A stretch of DNA of 64,000 bases. Source: Promethearchaeati archaeon SRVP18_Atabeyarchaeia-1 (lineage in GTDB: Archaea; Asgardarchaeota; Atabeyarchaeia; Atabeyarchaeales; Atabeyarchaeaceae). This document shows positions 9,390-19,971 of this stretch, piece by piece. The DNA lies in the NCBI GenBank assembly GCA_037308085.1, contig CP147779.1, positions 2,254,895 to 2,318,894 of the forward strand. The letters run 5' to 3'. The number at the start of each line of letters is the position of its first letter. Position 1 is the first letter of the stretch. The notes beneath the pieces were generated by a model, which was not told where the DNA came from, searched no databases, and saw only the letters and a program-made list of their open reading frames with translations. A program made the translations under genes and the position numbers.

Positions 9390-10745
9390 TCAGCTTCGCC
9401 CAGTTTTGTCTGCAGCAGCTCTCCTGTACTTGGTTAGCATCTCACCCGTGATTCCGTTTCTCTCAATTATCTCTTTGTACAGGTATGCGCTTGGTCTAGG
9501 CTTCCGCTCTAGTGTCCTGTAGTCAACTTCGACGATGCCGAACCTCTTATCGTATCCCGAGTCCCACTCAAAGTTATCAAGGAGTGACCAATAGAAGTAT
9601 GCTTGCACGTTTGCTCCTTCCCGTATTGCGCGGTGAACTTGTTCAAGGTGTAGGACTATAGACATACTTCTTCTCGCGTCGTCCTTTACGGCAACGCCAT
9701 TTTCGGTAACATAAATCGGCAAGTTATAGCCCGTCAGCCACTTGATGATTTGATAGATTCCTTCCGGGTAGATCTCATAGCCCATGTCTGTTATGCCAAG
9801 TGAGTCCTTGCGCGTGAGCGGCTTGTCCTCTTGGAGCACTTCTCTTGCACCAGCCCTCACCAGCATCCGCGAATAGTAGTTGAATCCAATGAAGTCCAAG
9901 GCGCCCTTCACTGCATCGATCAGTTCTCCGCTGCCAATGGGAGGGTTTATCTTTCCTGTCTTTAGGGCGTCAAGGAAAGACGCGTTGTAGAACTGGTGGA
10001 GGAAACCTGCTTCATCTCGGTCCTTCTGTGATTTCTCATTGTATGGCTGGAAGCATTCTGTGTCTTTTACGGTTCCGACCTTGGGCGCGCCTTCTGCCTT
10101 GTTTCTGCCCAGAGCGTCGTGGATTGTGTGGTAAGCATTTGCGTGTCCCAGCAACATATTGCGGAGCACAGCCTGATACTTGGAGAGGTCGCTCTCGCAG
10201 GGTGGGAACTTCCCGAGCATATATGAGGCTGCCGCGTATGCCGTAGGCTCATTTATCGGGCCCCATAGGTCAACAAGGTCGCCAAGTTCGCGAACCAGGT
10301 ACGCTGTGTAACGCGTGAAGTGGTCTACTGACCTCGCGTTAACCCAAGCGCCCTCTTTCTCCATCCACACAGGGTTTGTGAAGTGATGTAGTGTTACGAA
10401 GGGTTCCATTCCGCGTTTCCTTATCGCCATTATCACCTTGCGGTAGTGTTCCACTTCCTTCTTATTCCAATCGCCTTCCCGAGGCTCTATTCGGCTCCAC
10501 TCGATGGAGAAGCGGAAGACCTTGTGTCCAAGTTTCCTAGCCAGATCGATGTCCTCCTCGTAGAGGTGGTAGAAGTCGTCGGCTTTTCCGCAGACCGATC
10601 CATCCTTAATGTGTCCACCTTCCTGCTCCCATACTGACCACTGATTAGTGTTTCCACCCTCCGCCTGGTAAGCTGAGATTGCAGAGCCCCACAGGAAGCC
10701 CTTTGGGAACTCAAGGAGTGATTTCCCCGCGGACTTGGTAGTCAT
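9390..10745 (-). CDS. glycoside hydrolase family 1 beta-glucosidase/beta-galactosidase
   Basis: 451 aa. Acid/base 'NEP' and nucleophile 'ITENG' motifs. 'FLWGSAISAYQAEG' at the N-terminus. Confidence 0.85.
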   Translation of the reverse strand: MTTKSAGKSLLEFPKGFLWGSAISAYQAEGGNTNQWSVWEQEGGHIKDGSVCGKADDFYHLYEEDIDLARKLGHKVFRFSIEWSRIEPREGDWNKKEVEHYRKVIMAIRKRGMEPFVTLHHFTNPVWMEKEGAWVNARSVDHFTRYTAYLVRELGDLVDLWGPINEPTAYAAASYMLGKFPPCESDLSKYQAVLRNMLLGHANAYHTIHDALGRNKAEGAPKVGTVKDTECFQPYNEKSQKDRDEAGFLHQFYNASFLDALKTGKINPPIGSGELIDAVKGALDFIGFNYYSRMLVRAGAREVLQEDKPLTRKDSLGITDMGYEIYPEGIYQIIKWLTGYNLPIYVTENGVAVKDDARRSMSIVLHLEQVHRAIREGANVQAYFYWSLLDNFEWDSGYDKRFGIVEVDYRTLERKPRPSAYLYKEIIERNGITGEMLTKYRRAAADKTGRS

Positions 10746-10866
10746 ATGCCATTATACACCTCCCATACGCGGAATATTTCTCGACAGAAACCATGAAATG
10801 CATGTACGATCCTCTTTGTGTTTTCCCTCAAACCTTCAAAACTTGAATCCTTGGGGAATATAATCT

Positions 10867-11913
10867 TTGTCATCTGCGAGTCGGTGGCAGGTGCTACGAA
10901 TTATGCGGGACTGGAAGTCTACCCTGAAAGCAGATCCAACTGGCTGGCTGTTGGAGGAGGACAACCCTTCAGTACGCTACTCTGCTTTAACTGATATTCT
11001 GGAGAGGGGTGAGTACGGCGACGAAGTTAGGAAGGCGAGAGCCGCGATAATGGAAATCGGCTTGGTTCCTAAGATACTGGCAAGCCAGAAGAAGGAGGGA
11101 TACTGGGGAAGACCCGAGGACTTCTACATTAGATCAAAATACAAGGGGACAGTCTGGAACCTGATACTCTTGGCGGAACTCGGGGCAGGCGGAGGCGATA
11201 ACCGCATCAAGAATACCTGTGAGTTCATTCTCGAGAACTCTCAGGATCGTGAGAGTGGAGGTTTCTCGTACATCCGTGCCAAAGGAGGAGAAGGAGGAGC
11301 GCACAGTGGAGTGATTCCCTGCTTAACTGCAAACATGGTTTGGAGCCTGATAAGATTCGGCTATCTTGAGGATTCACGGGTTAAGCGTGGGATCGAATGG
11401 ATCGTTAAGTACCAGAGATTTGACGATGGGGTGGAGGAATCCCCTCAGGGTTGGCCCTATGATAATAGGGACAAGTGTTGGGGTACACATACTTGCCACA
11501 TGGGTGTGGTGAAGGCTCTGAAGGCGTTCTCCGAGATCCCCGCAGATGAGAGATCTACTGGAGTGAAGACTACCATTCAAAGGGGATCTGAGTACATGTT
11601 GGGGCATCGCATATACAGGAGAAGCCACGATCCCGCAAAAGTCTCCAAGCCCGAGTGGCTGAAGTTCGGCTTTCCCCTGATGTGGAACACAGACGCGCTG
11701 GAGATCCTAGAAATACTAGGGAGGCTAGGTTACAAGGACAGCCGAATGCAGGACGCAGTCGATTTGGTCATGTCGAAGCAGGATGAGCTAGGCAAATGGA
11801 AGTTGGATGCGACCTTCACAGGTCGCTATCGAGTAAGCATCGAGCAGGTTGGAAAACCCAGCAAGTGGATCACCTTGAACGCTCTCAAAGCACTAAAATT
11901 GTTCTACAGCTAG
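10867..11913 (+). CDS. hypothetical protein, possible alpha/alpha-toroid (prenyltransferase/terpene-cyclase-like repeat) fold
   Basis: 348 aa. Repeated aromatic/Gly-rich segments (YWGRPEDFY, GGFSY, GWPY). Weak resemblance only. Confidence 0.35.
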   Translation: MSSASRWQVLRIMRDWKSTLKADPTGWLLEEDNPSVRYSALTDILERGEYGDEVRKARAAIMEIGLVPKILASQKKEGYWGRPEDFYIRSKYKGTVWNLILLAELGAGGGDNRIKNTCEFILENSQDRESGGFSYIRAKGGEGGAHSGVIPCLTANMVWSLIRFGYLEDSRVKRGIEWIVKYQRFDDGVEESPQGWPYDNRDKCWGTHTCHMGVVKALKAFSEIPADERSTGVKTTIQRGSEYMLGHRIYRRSHDPAKVSKPEWLKFGFPLMWNTDALEILEILGRLGYKDSRMQDAVDLVMSKQDELGKWKLDATFTGRYRVSIEQVGKPSKWITLNALKALKLFYS

Positions 11914-12012
11914 CACTGTTTTTCCGAGAGTCTTTGTTCAATGGATCTCACTAGCGTTAGCACGCGCGCTACAAAAAGGTAAAATCGGCAGAAAGCGAAA
12001 GCGATAGTTACC

Positions 12013-12747
12013 TCAGTCAATGCTCGTGTTTTCGTACCGATTGTGGTAGGTGAATTCTTCCACATCGCGTCGTACTCTCAGGTATTCAGCTGGTGTAGAA
12101 ACAGGGTACCCAAGGCGGACAGTAAAGGCAATATTCATGTATTCAGGAATGCTAAGAATCCGCTTCACTTCTTTCGCTACAGGATGCGCACTGAAGACGC
12201 TCAGTATCTGAAGGCTGATCCCTAGGAGCTGCGCCATGAGCCACATGTTCTCCATAACACAACCAAGGCTAATAAAACCCAGAACATCCCCTTCCGAAGC
12301 AGGCGCTCTTTTCCTCGAATCACAGATCACAACCAGAAGCACCGGACTACCACCAATCGTTTGGACTAGGGGCCGAGGCGTGCTTTCGCGGGCTATCTCC
12401 TCCATCTTGGCAGGGTCTCTCCAGGCTGGCGGAAACATGGTGCCGAGGATTCCGACCTTCTTCTTAAGTAGCTCCTCTTGCGAGAACGAGAGCTGCTCGT
12501 AGTTCTCGCGCAGGAACTCTACAGATATACGAGATTTAATGTTCCCCAACTTCTCCAGAACCTCCTTATCATCAACGACAAGGATCTCGAAGTTTTGCAT
12601 GTTGTGAGCTGTGGGCGCCCACCTACTTGCCTCTAGAATCTGCCTCAGATCCTTTTCGGAGACCGGTCGACGCGGATCAAAGGGAACTCTTGCAGACTGC
12701 CTTTGCTGGATAAGCTTCAGGATTTCACTCTCGCTCATGGCGGCCAT
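12013..12747 (-). CDS. nitroreductase-family flavoprotein
   Basis: 244 aa. 'RQSARVPFDPRRPVS...RWAPTAHNMQ' nitroreductase N-terminal motif. Confidence 0.7.
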   Translation of the reverse strand: MAAMSESEILKLIQQRQSARVPFDPRRPVSEKDLRQILEASRWAPTAHNMQNFEILVVDDKEVLEKLGNIKSRISVEFLRENYEQLSFSQEELLKKKVGILGTMFPPAWRDPAKMEEIARESTPRPLVQTIGGSPVLLVVICDSRKRAPASEGDVLGFISLGCVMENMWLMAQLLGISLQILSVFSAHPVAKEVKRILSIPEYMNIAFTVRLGYPVSTPAEYLRVRRDVEEFTYHNRYENTSID

Positions 12748-13013
12748 CTCCTCACTTTAGCGCGCTCTATGCTACCACGAACTAATGTGGGTTAGTCGGA
12801 TTAAGTCTTTTCCAGGTTCTTTTCACTTGCACGCTGCAGCATCTAGGACGAGCAAGGGGGGAAATATGGGCTGCGGAAGGAGGGGTTTGGAAGGAAACAT
12901 TATTATGGCTCAAATTAGCATTTGACTTTCACTCGGCAAAAACTTGGTCAATGCGGATCACTGCACAATCGTAGAACCAACTTGTTTCCCTAGCTTGTTC
13001 GGGGGCGTGGACG

Positions 13014-14474
13014 TTGGAGAAGATTCCTAGCATCAGCGACGAGAGAAAGAAGAAGTACGATGAGATGATAGGGAAAGGCATGAGAGTACCCTACTCCTTC
13101 GAAGTTTCTAACACGATTGAAAGCATCATCAGCAAGTTCAGCAGTCTTGGCGAAGGAGTTGAGACTAGCCAGCTAGTATCCGTAGCTGGCATGGTCATTG
13201 CGCTCAGAGTTCATGGAAAACTCACTTTCATGGACATACGAGACATCACTGGCAGGATCCAAATCAACTTCAGGGTCAACGAGCTTGGCGAGGATGGGTA
13301 CAGGGAGGCTCAGCTCTTCGACACGGGAGACTTTATCGGGGTCAAAGGGCACGTTATGAAAACTCACAAGGGAGAGCTGTCGGTGCTTGCTCACGAGTAT
13401 GTGCTACTCGCCAAATGCCTGATGCCTCTACCAGGTCCCCGCGACGAACTGACAGTTGAAAAGAAGTACAGGCAGCGCTACTTGGATCTGAAGCTCAACC
13501 CAGATACGAGGCAGAGGCTAATTACGAGGGGCAGAATAGTTGCGGCCATGAGGGGTTTTCTTGACTCCCAGGGATTCATTGAGGTTGAGACGCCCATACT
13601 CCAGCCAGTCTATGGCGGTGCAGCTGCCAAGCCCTTTGTATCTCACTCAAACGCGCTGGATCAGAACTTGTACCTGAGCATTTCGCCGGAGCTCTACTTG
13701 AAGCGCTTCATTGTTGGCGGCATGGAGAAGGTCTACACAATCGCTAGGAACTTTAGAAATGAGGATATTGATGTGACCCATTACCCGGAGTTCACGATGA
13801 TGGAGTGTTACCAAGCATACACGGACTACAATGGAATGATGCGGCTCACGGAGAACATGTTCGCCCATGTCGCCCAGAAGGCGGTCGGAAGAACGAAGGT
13901 CACCTACCAAGGAAATGAGATAGAGCTGTCACCACCGTGGACAAGGATGACGATGGAAGAATCGGTCAAGAAGATAGCTGGAATTGAAGTCCCCGAAGAC
14001 GAGGGCAGCCTGAAGAAACTCGTTGAGAAGCATCAGCTTGAACTTAAGCATAGGCTAATCAGACCCAACGTAGTGAGTGCCATATTCGAGAAACTTGTCC
14101 AGCCCAAACTCATTCAACCAACATTCATAATGGATCACCCCGTGGACATCTCACCTCTCACTAGGAAACACAGGAGTAAGGCTGGATGGGTTGAACGCTT
14201 CGAACCCTTCATTCTTGGCGTGGAGATGGGCAATGCATACTCGGAGCTTAACGACCCGTTTGAGCAGAGAGAAAGATTCCTGCAACAGGTCGAGGAGAGA
14301 AGGAAAGGCGACGAGGAAGCGCACCCAATGGATGAGGACTTCGTGCTGTCTCTCATGTACGGGTTCCCGCCCACGGGTGGACTCGGAGTTGGAATTGACA
14401 GAGTCGTCATGCTGCTAACAGATTCACCGTCGATCCGGGATGTAATAATGTTCCCGCTGATGAAACGAGTATAA
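13014..14474 (+). CDS. lysS: lysyl-tRNA synthetase, class II
   Basis: 486 aa. Class-II motifs 'FRNEDIDVTHYPEFTMMECYQAY' and C-terminal 'GGLGVGIDRVVMLL'. N-terminal OB anticodon-binding domain. Confidence 0.85.
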   Translation: MEKIPSISDERKKKYDEMIGKGMRVPYSFEVSNTIESIISKFSSLGEGVETSQLVSVAGMVIALRVHGKLTFMDIRDITGRIQINFRVNELGEDGYREAQLFDTGDFIGVKGHVMKTHKGELSVLAHEYVLLAKCLMPLPGPRDELTVEKKYRQRYLDLKLNPDTRQRLITRGRIVAAMRGFLDSQGFIEVETPILQPVYGGAAAKPFVSHSNALDQNLYLSISPELYLKRFIVGGMEKVYTIARNFRNEDIDVTHYPEFTMMECYQAYTDYNGMMRLTENMFAHVAQKAVGRTKVTYQGNEIELSPPWTRMTMEESVKKIAGIEVPEDEGSLKKLVEKHQLELKHRLIRPNVVSAIFEKLVQPKLIQPTFIMDHPVDISPLTRKHRSKAGWVERFEPFILGVEMGNAYSELNDPFEQRERFLQQVEERRKGDEEAHPMDEDFVLSLMYGFPPTGGLGVGIDRVVMLLTDSPSIRDVIMFPLMKRV

Positions 14475-14791
14475 AAGGAACCCTGACGGCAAAGAAAACA
14501 TGCTAGAGCCCCTCTTAGTACGCAGAAAGATCAAGCAGAGCGCCTCACCTCAAGCTCGTGCAGGGCCCCATTGATTCTCCCGGCGCATCCGATCGCACGG
14601 AGAGAAAATGATAACTTCTCTTAATAGCTCCGACCACAGAAAAGGGAGATGCCACTTTAGAAAGAGAATACGTGACGGTAACGGGAAACCTGGGCTTCGC
14701 AACTATTCTCTAAGGTGGCTGCCTACAACGCGGCTAAGGCAAAAAAGGGAAAGAAGACCTCAGCCCAGAAGAAAATTCCTCTGAATGCGCC

Positions 14792-15985
14792 CTACTTCTT
14801 CTTCAGGGTTGCCTGGCTGATGCGTGCATTCTTCTTGATGTTAACATATATTCCTATTGGCACTGCGACAATGCCTAAGCATATCACGACGAGACCATAG
14901 AGTATCCCAAGAATATAGATCAGAATCAATGCCATGACGATTGTGGAGAGAATTGAGTAGGTGAGACTCTGATAGATCATCAATACCACAGAGCTGAAGA
15001 GCAGCAATATGAATAGATCGAGATTGGCGACTGCGAATGAGACCATGCTCGTCAGTAGAATTGCAATGCCTATCGTCTTAATTGGATCGCCGGCCCTGAT
15101 TTCCAAGCTCCTCTTTGCGGCGTACCTTGTTACTCCGAGGATCGCGAAAAGCCCTCCAGTAATAATGAACACTAGTCCCACCACAATGTATGGAGCTGTT
15201 ATGTTGACGACAATGAATAATGTGCCGATCACGATGGTGTAGATTGAAATCAAGATTCGCCTGAATGTTGGCGTGCCTTTGACGAGACCTGCAAGATACT
15301 CCTTCTGTTTGACATACACCCCCAGCAGGATAGAGGCTGACCCCACCAGCGCTAAGAGAAGCGTGTAGGCAGGGGCGTATCGGAACTGCGTGTAGAATAT
15401 GAGAACTGCAATTGCAGCCACGACAGTATCGAAGATGTGCGACCGGTATAAGTAGATCATCGCCGAGCATAGTAGCAGCGTTGCAACCAGCAGGGTATCT
15501 CCAAAAACTGCCACAATTACACTTGTCATGAAGACCGACATACCGACCGTGATTACCGGGTCCTGTTTCTTGAAGCCGAGATCCCTTGTTATATAGTACT
15601 TTCGCACAGCGAATGCGGCAAGACCCAACCCGAAGACAACAAGCGGCACAGCTGCTATCAGCGAACTGGGGTCAACCGATACTAGCGTGAGGCTCAGTAT
15701 GATGAGAAAAGCCACGCTCAGCAGTGTCCGCATCGGCGAAGCCCTCACGATCCAGCGAACGAAGAAGCCCCCCGCGCCCAGAAGGGCAACCTCTGCCAGG
15801 ACCGGCGCAAACATCACGGCAACGAACTTGTCAGAGCTGAACTTTCCAGACACAGATGCAAGAACGAGCCAAGCAACAAGCGCCAGAATGAAGAAAATCT
15901 TGACCCACTTGCCAAAGAAGGCCTCAACGGATGCCGCCTTCTCAGTACCGCCCTTCGGAGTTTTTCCCGCTGACCTTGAGAGCAC
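14792..15985 (-). CDS. polytopic membrane protein, hypothetical
   Basis: 397 aa with more than 10 hydrophobic helices. Last of three membrane-protein genes downstream of the SBP gene on the same strand. Confidence 0.5.
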   Translation of the reverse strand: MLSRSAGKTPKGGTEKAASVEAFFGKWVKIFFILALVAWLVLASVSGKFSSDKFVAVMFAPVLAEVALLGAGGFFVRWIVRASPMRTLLSVAFLIILSLTLVSVDPSSLIAAVPLVVFGLGLAAFAVRKYYITRDLGFKKQDPVITVGMSVFMTSVIVAVFGDTLLVATLLLCSAMIYLYRSHIFDTVVAAIAVLIFYTQFRYAPAYTLLLALVGSASILLGVYVKQKEYLAGLVKGTPTFRRILISIYTIVIGTLFIVVNITAPYIVVGLVFIITGGLFAILGVTRYAAKRSLEIRAGDPIKTIGIAILLTSMVSFAVANLDLFILLLFSSVVLMIYQSLTYSILSTIVMALILIYILGILYGLVVICLGIVAVPIGIYVNIKKNARISQATLKKK

Positions 15986-16320
15986 TGCTTCCTCGCTCCT
16001 ATAAAGACAATGCGTGGTTCAGAGAAACCACTCTTCCTAAGCCCTGTATTTGCATGGACCCTGATATCTTGAGATTATTCTCCCCCAGACAACTAATAAA
16101 GATTTCTGTCAAGTGGTTTCCCTTGATCGATTGCCTCGTGCGCTTTTCAGCGAATGAACTGCCCAGACGCAATGCTTGTCGCACAGGAGTCTGTTGCACC
16201 TTTTCTCCACAGGATTGTGGTAGGATAAGGTGGGAGGAGTTGCGCGCAAAGATCGATTCTCGAGATTCCTTTTGATCCTCAAATCTCAAGGCGCCAACAC
16301 CGAGTTGAGGCAGCTTCCTC

Positions 16321-17178
16321 TCAGAGCATTGCCGCCAATGCGATATATATGATTAGGGGTATTAGACCAAGCCCAATAGCTAGCGGAAGACCTGCGATTT
16401 GCCCAGATTCCCCTGCGCGCCACGATCCGACGAAGAATCCGAGCACAACTAGAAACAGGGAAGCAAGAGATGCAACAAGCCCAAAGTTGGCGAAGCAATT
16501 GGCGATTAGCATCGAGTAGCTCAGTAGATCCGCCAGGCCAATCGCCCAGTTCCGTCCCGCGTAAGACAGTTTCATAATCACCAGCTGGTCATAATCTTCA
16601 AGAGTCTTCTTCGTTTTCTCCACCGTATGCCTTCGCATCAACAGAGCGTCAAGCGCAGCCATCAGCAACAGTACAAAGAGCAGTGCAAGAGGAGGTATAA
16701 GTGCGCCCGCGAAGGCACCAAGTACACCGCTGCAGACCGCGAACATTGCATTTCTAACTCTCCTCGAGAGGACATCGAATATCGCCATCACCCCGAGGAA
16801 TGAAGCAACGTAAGCAACAAGGCTTACGATTACGAAGATCGCTGACGACGAAGCACCATACATATTGAGGAAAAACTTCACGTACAGCAGTATCGTCATA
16901 ATTGCAGAGAAGATGAAGATGGACACGGCAACCCTAACGCCCACGGTTATCGAACCTTTCAAAACAACGTAAAAGACCACAACGGCTATCACGAGACCTA
17001 ATCCGACAACCAGGAGATTGGGGATGAACTGCTGACCTGGATTGAAGGGGCCCATCGACACAGTGGAAGCAAGTTGCATCACAGCTGCGAGAAACGCCAT
17101 GACGAGTGTTATCAGCATGACCGTAAGTATCGGGGCAATAGCCCCATAGCGCCTTTCACGTTCAGGCAACAAAACCAC
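16321..17178 (-). CDS. polytopic membrane protein, hypothetical
   Basis: 285 aa, strongly hydrophobic. Confidence 0.5.
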   Translation of the reverse strand: MVLLPERERRYGAIAPILTVMLITLVMAFLAAVMQLASTVSMGPFNPGQQFIPNLLVVGLGLVIAVVVFYVVLKGSITVGVRVAVSIFIFSAIMTILLYVKFFLNMYGASSSAIFVIVSLVAYVASFLGVMAIFDVLSRRVRNAMFAVCSGVLGAFAGALIPPLALLFVLLLMAALDALLMRRHTVEKTKKTLEDYDQLVIMKLSYAGRNWAIGLADLLSYSMLIANCFANFGLVASLASLFLVVLGFFVGSWRAGESGQIAGLPLAIGLGLIPLIIYIALAAML

Positions 17179-17323
17179 ATCCTAGCACATCATGCTCTAT
17201 GAGTTCCAGGTTTTTTTCTCCCCGTACAAGGTCGAGATCCATCCTTGGACAAGCCAGACCGGATCACATAGCCCTATGGAACACGAACCACCGCGATCCG
17301 ATCGCAATGCAACTTCATATACA

Positions 17324-17674
17324 TCACAATGACAACAAGTAACTGAAGAGTATCAGGAACGCCGAATAGAATATCAAGAGTCTAGCTCTTCCCTCAGCCT
17401 CACGCGCCCTCTTCGTTGAATAGGAGGGTCCGTGGAATGCCTTCTCCGAGACCTTGGTGGCCGAAGGACCAGCGCCAAGCACAAAGAGGCCACCCATGGC
17501 TAACCCAACCCCACCTTCAAGTAATGTGATCTCGGATACAAGGGCAAGGACAATCACTGCATCGTTCACAAGGTACGATATGATGAGTATGTTGACCAAG
17601 ATCAGAATATTGCATAAAAGCAGTGCCTCCAGTGTCTTTATCAGCAGCTCCTTCGCAATTCGGCGCCGATCCAT
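17324..17674 (-). CDS. small membrane protein, hypothetical
   Basis: 116 aa, three predicted TM helices. Confidence 0.4.
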   Translation of the reverse strand: MDRRRIAKELLIKTLEALLLCNILILVNILIISYLVNDAVIVLALVSEITLLEGGVGLAMGGLFVLGAGPSATKVSEKAFHGPSYSTKRAREAEGRARLLIFYSAFLILFSYLLSL

Positions 17675-17785
17675 GAAGCCCTCACCTACTCAAGTCGTCC
17701 CTCACGGTGCACGAAACGCAAGTCCTTGCGTTACCACAAAAGCAGCCCTTCGATCATGACAAGAAACTGCAACCGCATTTCACGC

Positions 17786-17794
17786 AAAAAAAAA
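17786..17794 (-). terminator. oligo-T (T9) archaeal intrinsic terminator candidate downstream of the SBP gene
   Basis: A9 followed by G6 on the + strand (17786-17800), which reads C6T9 on the minus strand about 40 bp after the SBP stop codon. Confidence 0.35.
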
Positions 17795-17836
17795 GGGGGG
17801 AGTTGTGTTACGGAGTCTAACCTCACCGTTTCCAGT

Positions 17837-19864
17837 CTACAACTTGCGGGGTCTGAAGACGTAGAACCCAGCAACGACCACGATGACAGCCAACTCAACA
17901 ACAGCGATCAATAGACCATATGAGTCCCAGAATGTCGCAGCAGGTGGTGGTACGAACGAGTATCCGGCCTGCTCAAACTCAGCCTTAGCCAGAAGCAGAG
18001 CTACCGAATACGTGTAGTTGCGCGGTATGATGGTAAAGTCGAAGCCATATGTCACTTTCGTGATAGGTGTCGTGATTCCATAGCCGCCGTAGCCTTGCAG
18101 AATGTTCTTGATTATCTGGTCCTTGGGGATCAAGTACTCGATCGCGTGTCTAACATGGTAGGCTGCTGCCTTTGCTTGGGAGGCATCTGACTGACCCAGA
18201 GGCGTTCCTAGACCTGTGCCCCAGATCGGGTTACGCAGGTTGAATCCCATCTCCTGGACACCATAGGCATCATAGGATACCCAGCTTGCCCAAGAGGGGT
18301 TCAGCGAACCCAAAGAGGTCTCAAGGTGGTATTGACTATCAAGCACCTGAACGTTGCCAGCCTCCAGAGCCGATATCGCAGCGGTAATGCCGTTAATGTA
18401 CACGCAGTAGTAGTCAGTTATCCTGTAGACGCCCGCAGCTTCAAGCTCTGAAAGTCTAAAGTAGTTGTTGAACTTCTCCAGGTGTGATGTGAATGTGCTT
18501 GGGTTGTAGTCGACCCACTGGTATGGGCCATAACCAAAGGGCCCAACGGCTCCAGTGACAAGCGTTCCGTCCTTCTGGTAGTACGCGTATGTGTCTGTCG
18601 TGCCTGTGTTAAAGGATGTTCCCTGCAAAACAGGTGCATTGGATGGGTTCCAAGTGCTGTAGTCTGGGAAGGTGCTAGCGTTCACGAGCACTGACGCTGG
18701 ATAGAACGATCCTCCAAGGTCATTCCTCGTGAATGCCCAAGCGGCTTGCTCGTCGGCATGGACCTCATAGTAGTTCAGTGGCAGAGACGCTCCTGGGGTT
18801 CCCTGCTCGCCAGCCCAGTAGACACTGTGGTTTCCGTATCCAGCAGCAATGGCTGCAGGAATATTAGCACCACAAATGATCGAGCATATGTAGGAGTAAA
18901 CGCCCGAGCCAGCAGATCCAGATGTAGGTGTCATCTGGTATCTCAAGCTGTAGACCCAGTCCCTACCATCGACTTCCTCACCATTTTGGAAGAGGATACC
19001 CGGTTTTATCCAGAAGGTCCAGTTCTTGCCGCCGTTTGTCGACGTGTAGTTTCCGTAAGCCATGTAGGGGTTCAGTGCGAATGACGTGTTGTACATAAAC
19101 AAGCCTGCGCCGCCATTTTCACCCCAGATCGGTCCCATAGCAGTCAGGTCGTAGTATGATGTTGTGAGGTAGGGCACGAGACCCTCGCCCCCGCCAGGAC
19201 CAAAGGCTCCTGTCTGCGCGATGGCGCAAGTCGTTGTGCCTAGAGTATCGTTCCACTGCTCAACGGCTGGCCATAGTGGGTAGTGCAAGTCATGGAATGG
19301 AGCTGATTGGAAGCTTGGCTTGAACGCTACGATCTCCTTGGTGTACAAGAGGCAAACGCTCGGGAGCTGATCATAGCAGTAAGCCTCCCATTGATGGATG
19401 TAGTTTAGCTGCTTTGCTGTGTCGAGTTCATGGGTTATGTTGTAGGCCAAGGCATCGTTGTATGAGTCCTCCCAGAGGTAGTAGTTCTGGCCGGCTGGAG
19501 CCAACTGTGTACCGCTGAACAATCCGAAGCACCCAGTTGGTGTCGGACTCATGGCGTAGCCGATGAAGCCGATGTCGAATCCACCATCAGCCCAGCTATA
19601 GCCGACGACTGATGGGTCAGGAGTCAACATCCTGCTGTAGGCAGTGTCCCATGGGACTATCTGCCTCACGGCAGTAATTCCGAACTGGGCGAAGGCGTTC
19701 GCGATCAGTAAGGCCCAAGCCTGCCTGTTAATGTTCGCGCCTGGAGTCAATAGGTTAACTGTTGGCCAAGCGGGGTATATCTGCCAAGTGGCAGCACCGC
19801 TGACTGGAGTATACAGAACGAATGGGGAAGCAATTCCGGCTATCATGATCGCTGTGAAGAACAA
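17837..19864 (-). CDS. ABC transporter substrate-binding protein, family 5 (oligopeptide/dipeptide/nickel), C-terminally membrane anchored
   Basis: 675 aa. N-terminal signal-like segment, SBP_bac_5-like core, and a C-terminal hydrophobic anchor 'LIAVVELAVIVVVAGFYVF' followed by basic residues (archaeal-type anchoring). Confidence 0.8.
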   Translation of the reverse strand: MFFTAIMIAGIASPFVLYTPVSGAATWQIYPAWPTVNLLTPGANINRQAWALLIANAFAQFGITAVRQIVPWDTAYSRMLTPDPSVVGYSWADGGFDIGFIGYAMSPTPTGCFGLFSGTQLAPAGQNYYLWEDSYNDALAYNITHELDTAKQLNYIHQWEAYCYDQLPSVCLLYTKEIVAFKPSFQSAPFHDLHYPLWPAVEQWNDTLGTTTCAIAQTGAFGPGGGEGLVPYLTTSYYDLTAMGPIWGENGGAGLFMYNTSFALNPYMAYGNYTSTNGGKNWTFWIKPGILFQNGEEVDGRDWVYSLRYQMTPTSGSAGSGVYSYICSIICGANIPAAIAAGYGNHSVYWAGEQGTPGASLPLNYYEVHADEQAAWAFTRNDLGGSFYPASVLVNASTFPDYSTWNPSNAPVLQGTSFNTGTTDTYAYYQKDGTLVTGAVGPFGYGPYQWVDYNPSTFTSHLEKFNNYFRLSELEAAGVYRITDYYCVYINGITAAISALEAGNVQVLDSQYHLETSLGSLNPSWASWVSYDAYGVQEMGFNLRNPIWGTGLGTPLGQSDASQAKAAAYHVRHAIEYLIPKDQIIKNILQGYGGYGITTPITKVTYGFDFTIIPRNYTYSVALLLAKAEFEQAGYSFVPPPAATFWDSYGLLIAVVELAVIVVVAGFYVFRPRKL

Positions 19865-19906
19865 AGCGTAGAACTTCTTTTGCAGTTTTAGTCCACTCCT
19901 CGTCTT

Positions 19907-19924
19907 TTCTCTCTCTCTCTCTCC
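19907..19924. repeat. (CT)n dinucleotide microsatellite
   Basis: tctctctctctctctctc lies directly in the 448-bp divergent intergenic region between the SBP gene and the ABC permease gene. Confidence 0.9.
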
Positions 19925-19963
19925 ATATTCTATTACGGTTGACTGTTAGGTTACCATGTTTGG

Positions 19964-19971
19964 TTATATAA
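19964..19971. promoter_or_regulatory. TATA-box candidate (ttatataa, within palindrome ggttatataacc)
   Basis: AT-rich palindromic element about 100 bp upstream of the SBP start codon in the divergent region. Confidence 0.25.

Noticed and set aside
17837-19864. Several small ORFs (73, 112, 75 aa) within the SBP gene
   Set aside because: Alternative-frame ORFs inside a long gene with clear homology. The composition is unlike coding sequence.
19907-19924. (CT)n tract considered as a CRISPR or repeat array
   Set aside because: A simple dinucleotide microsatellite, single locus, no spacer structure. Kept only as a repeat feature.
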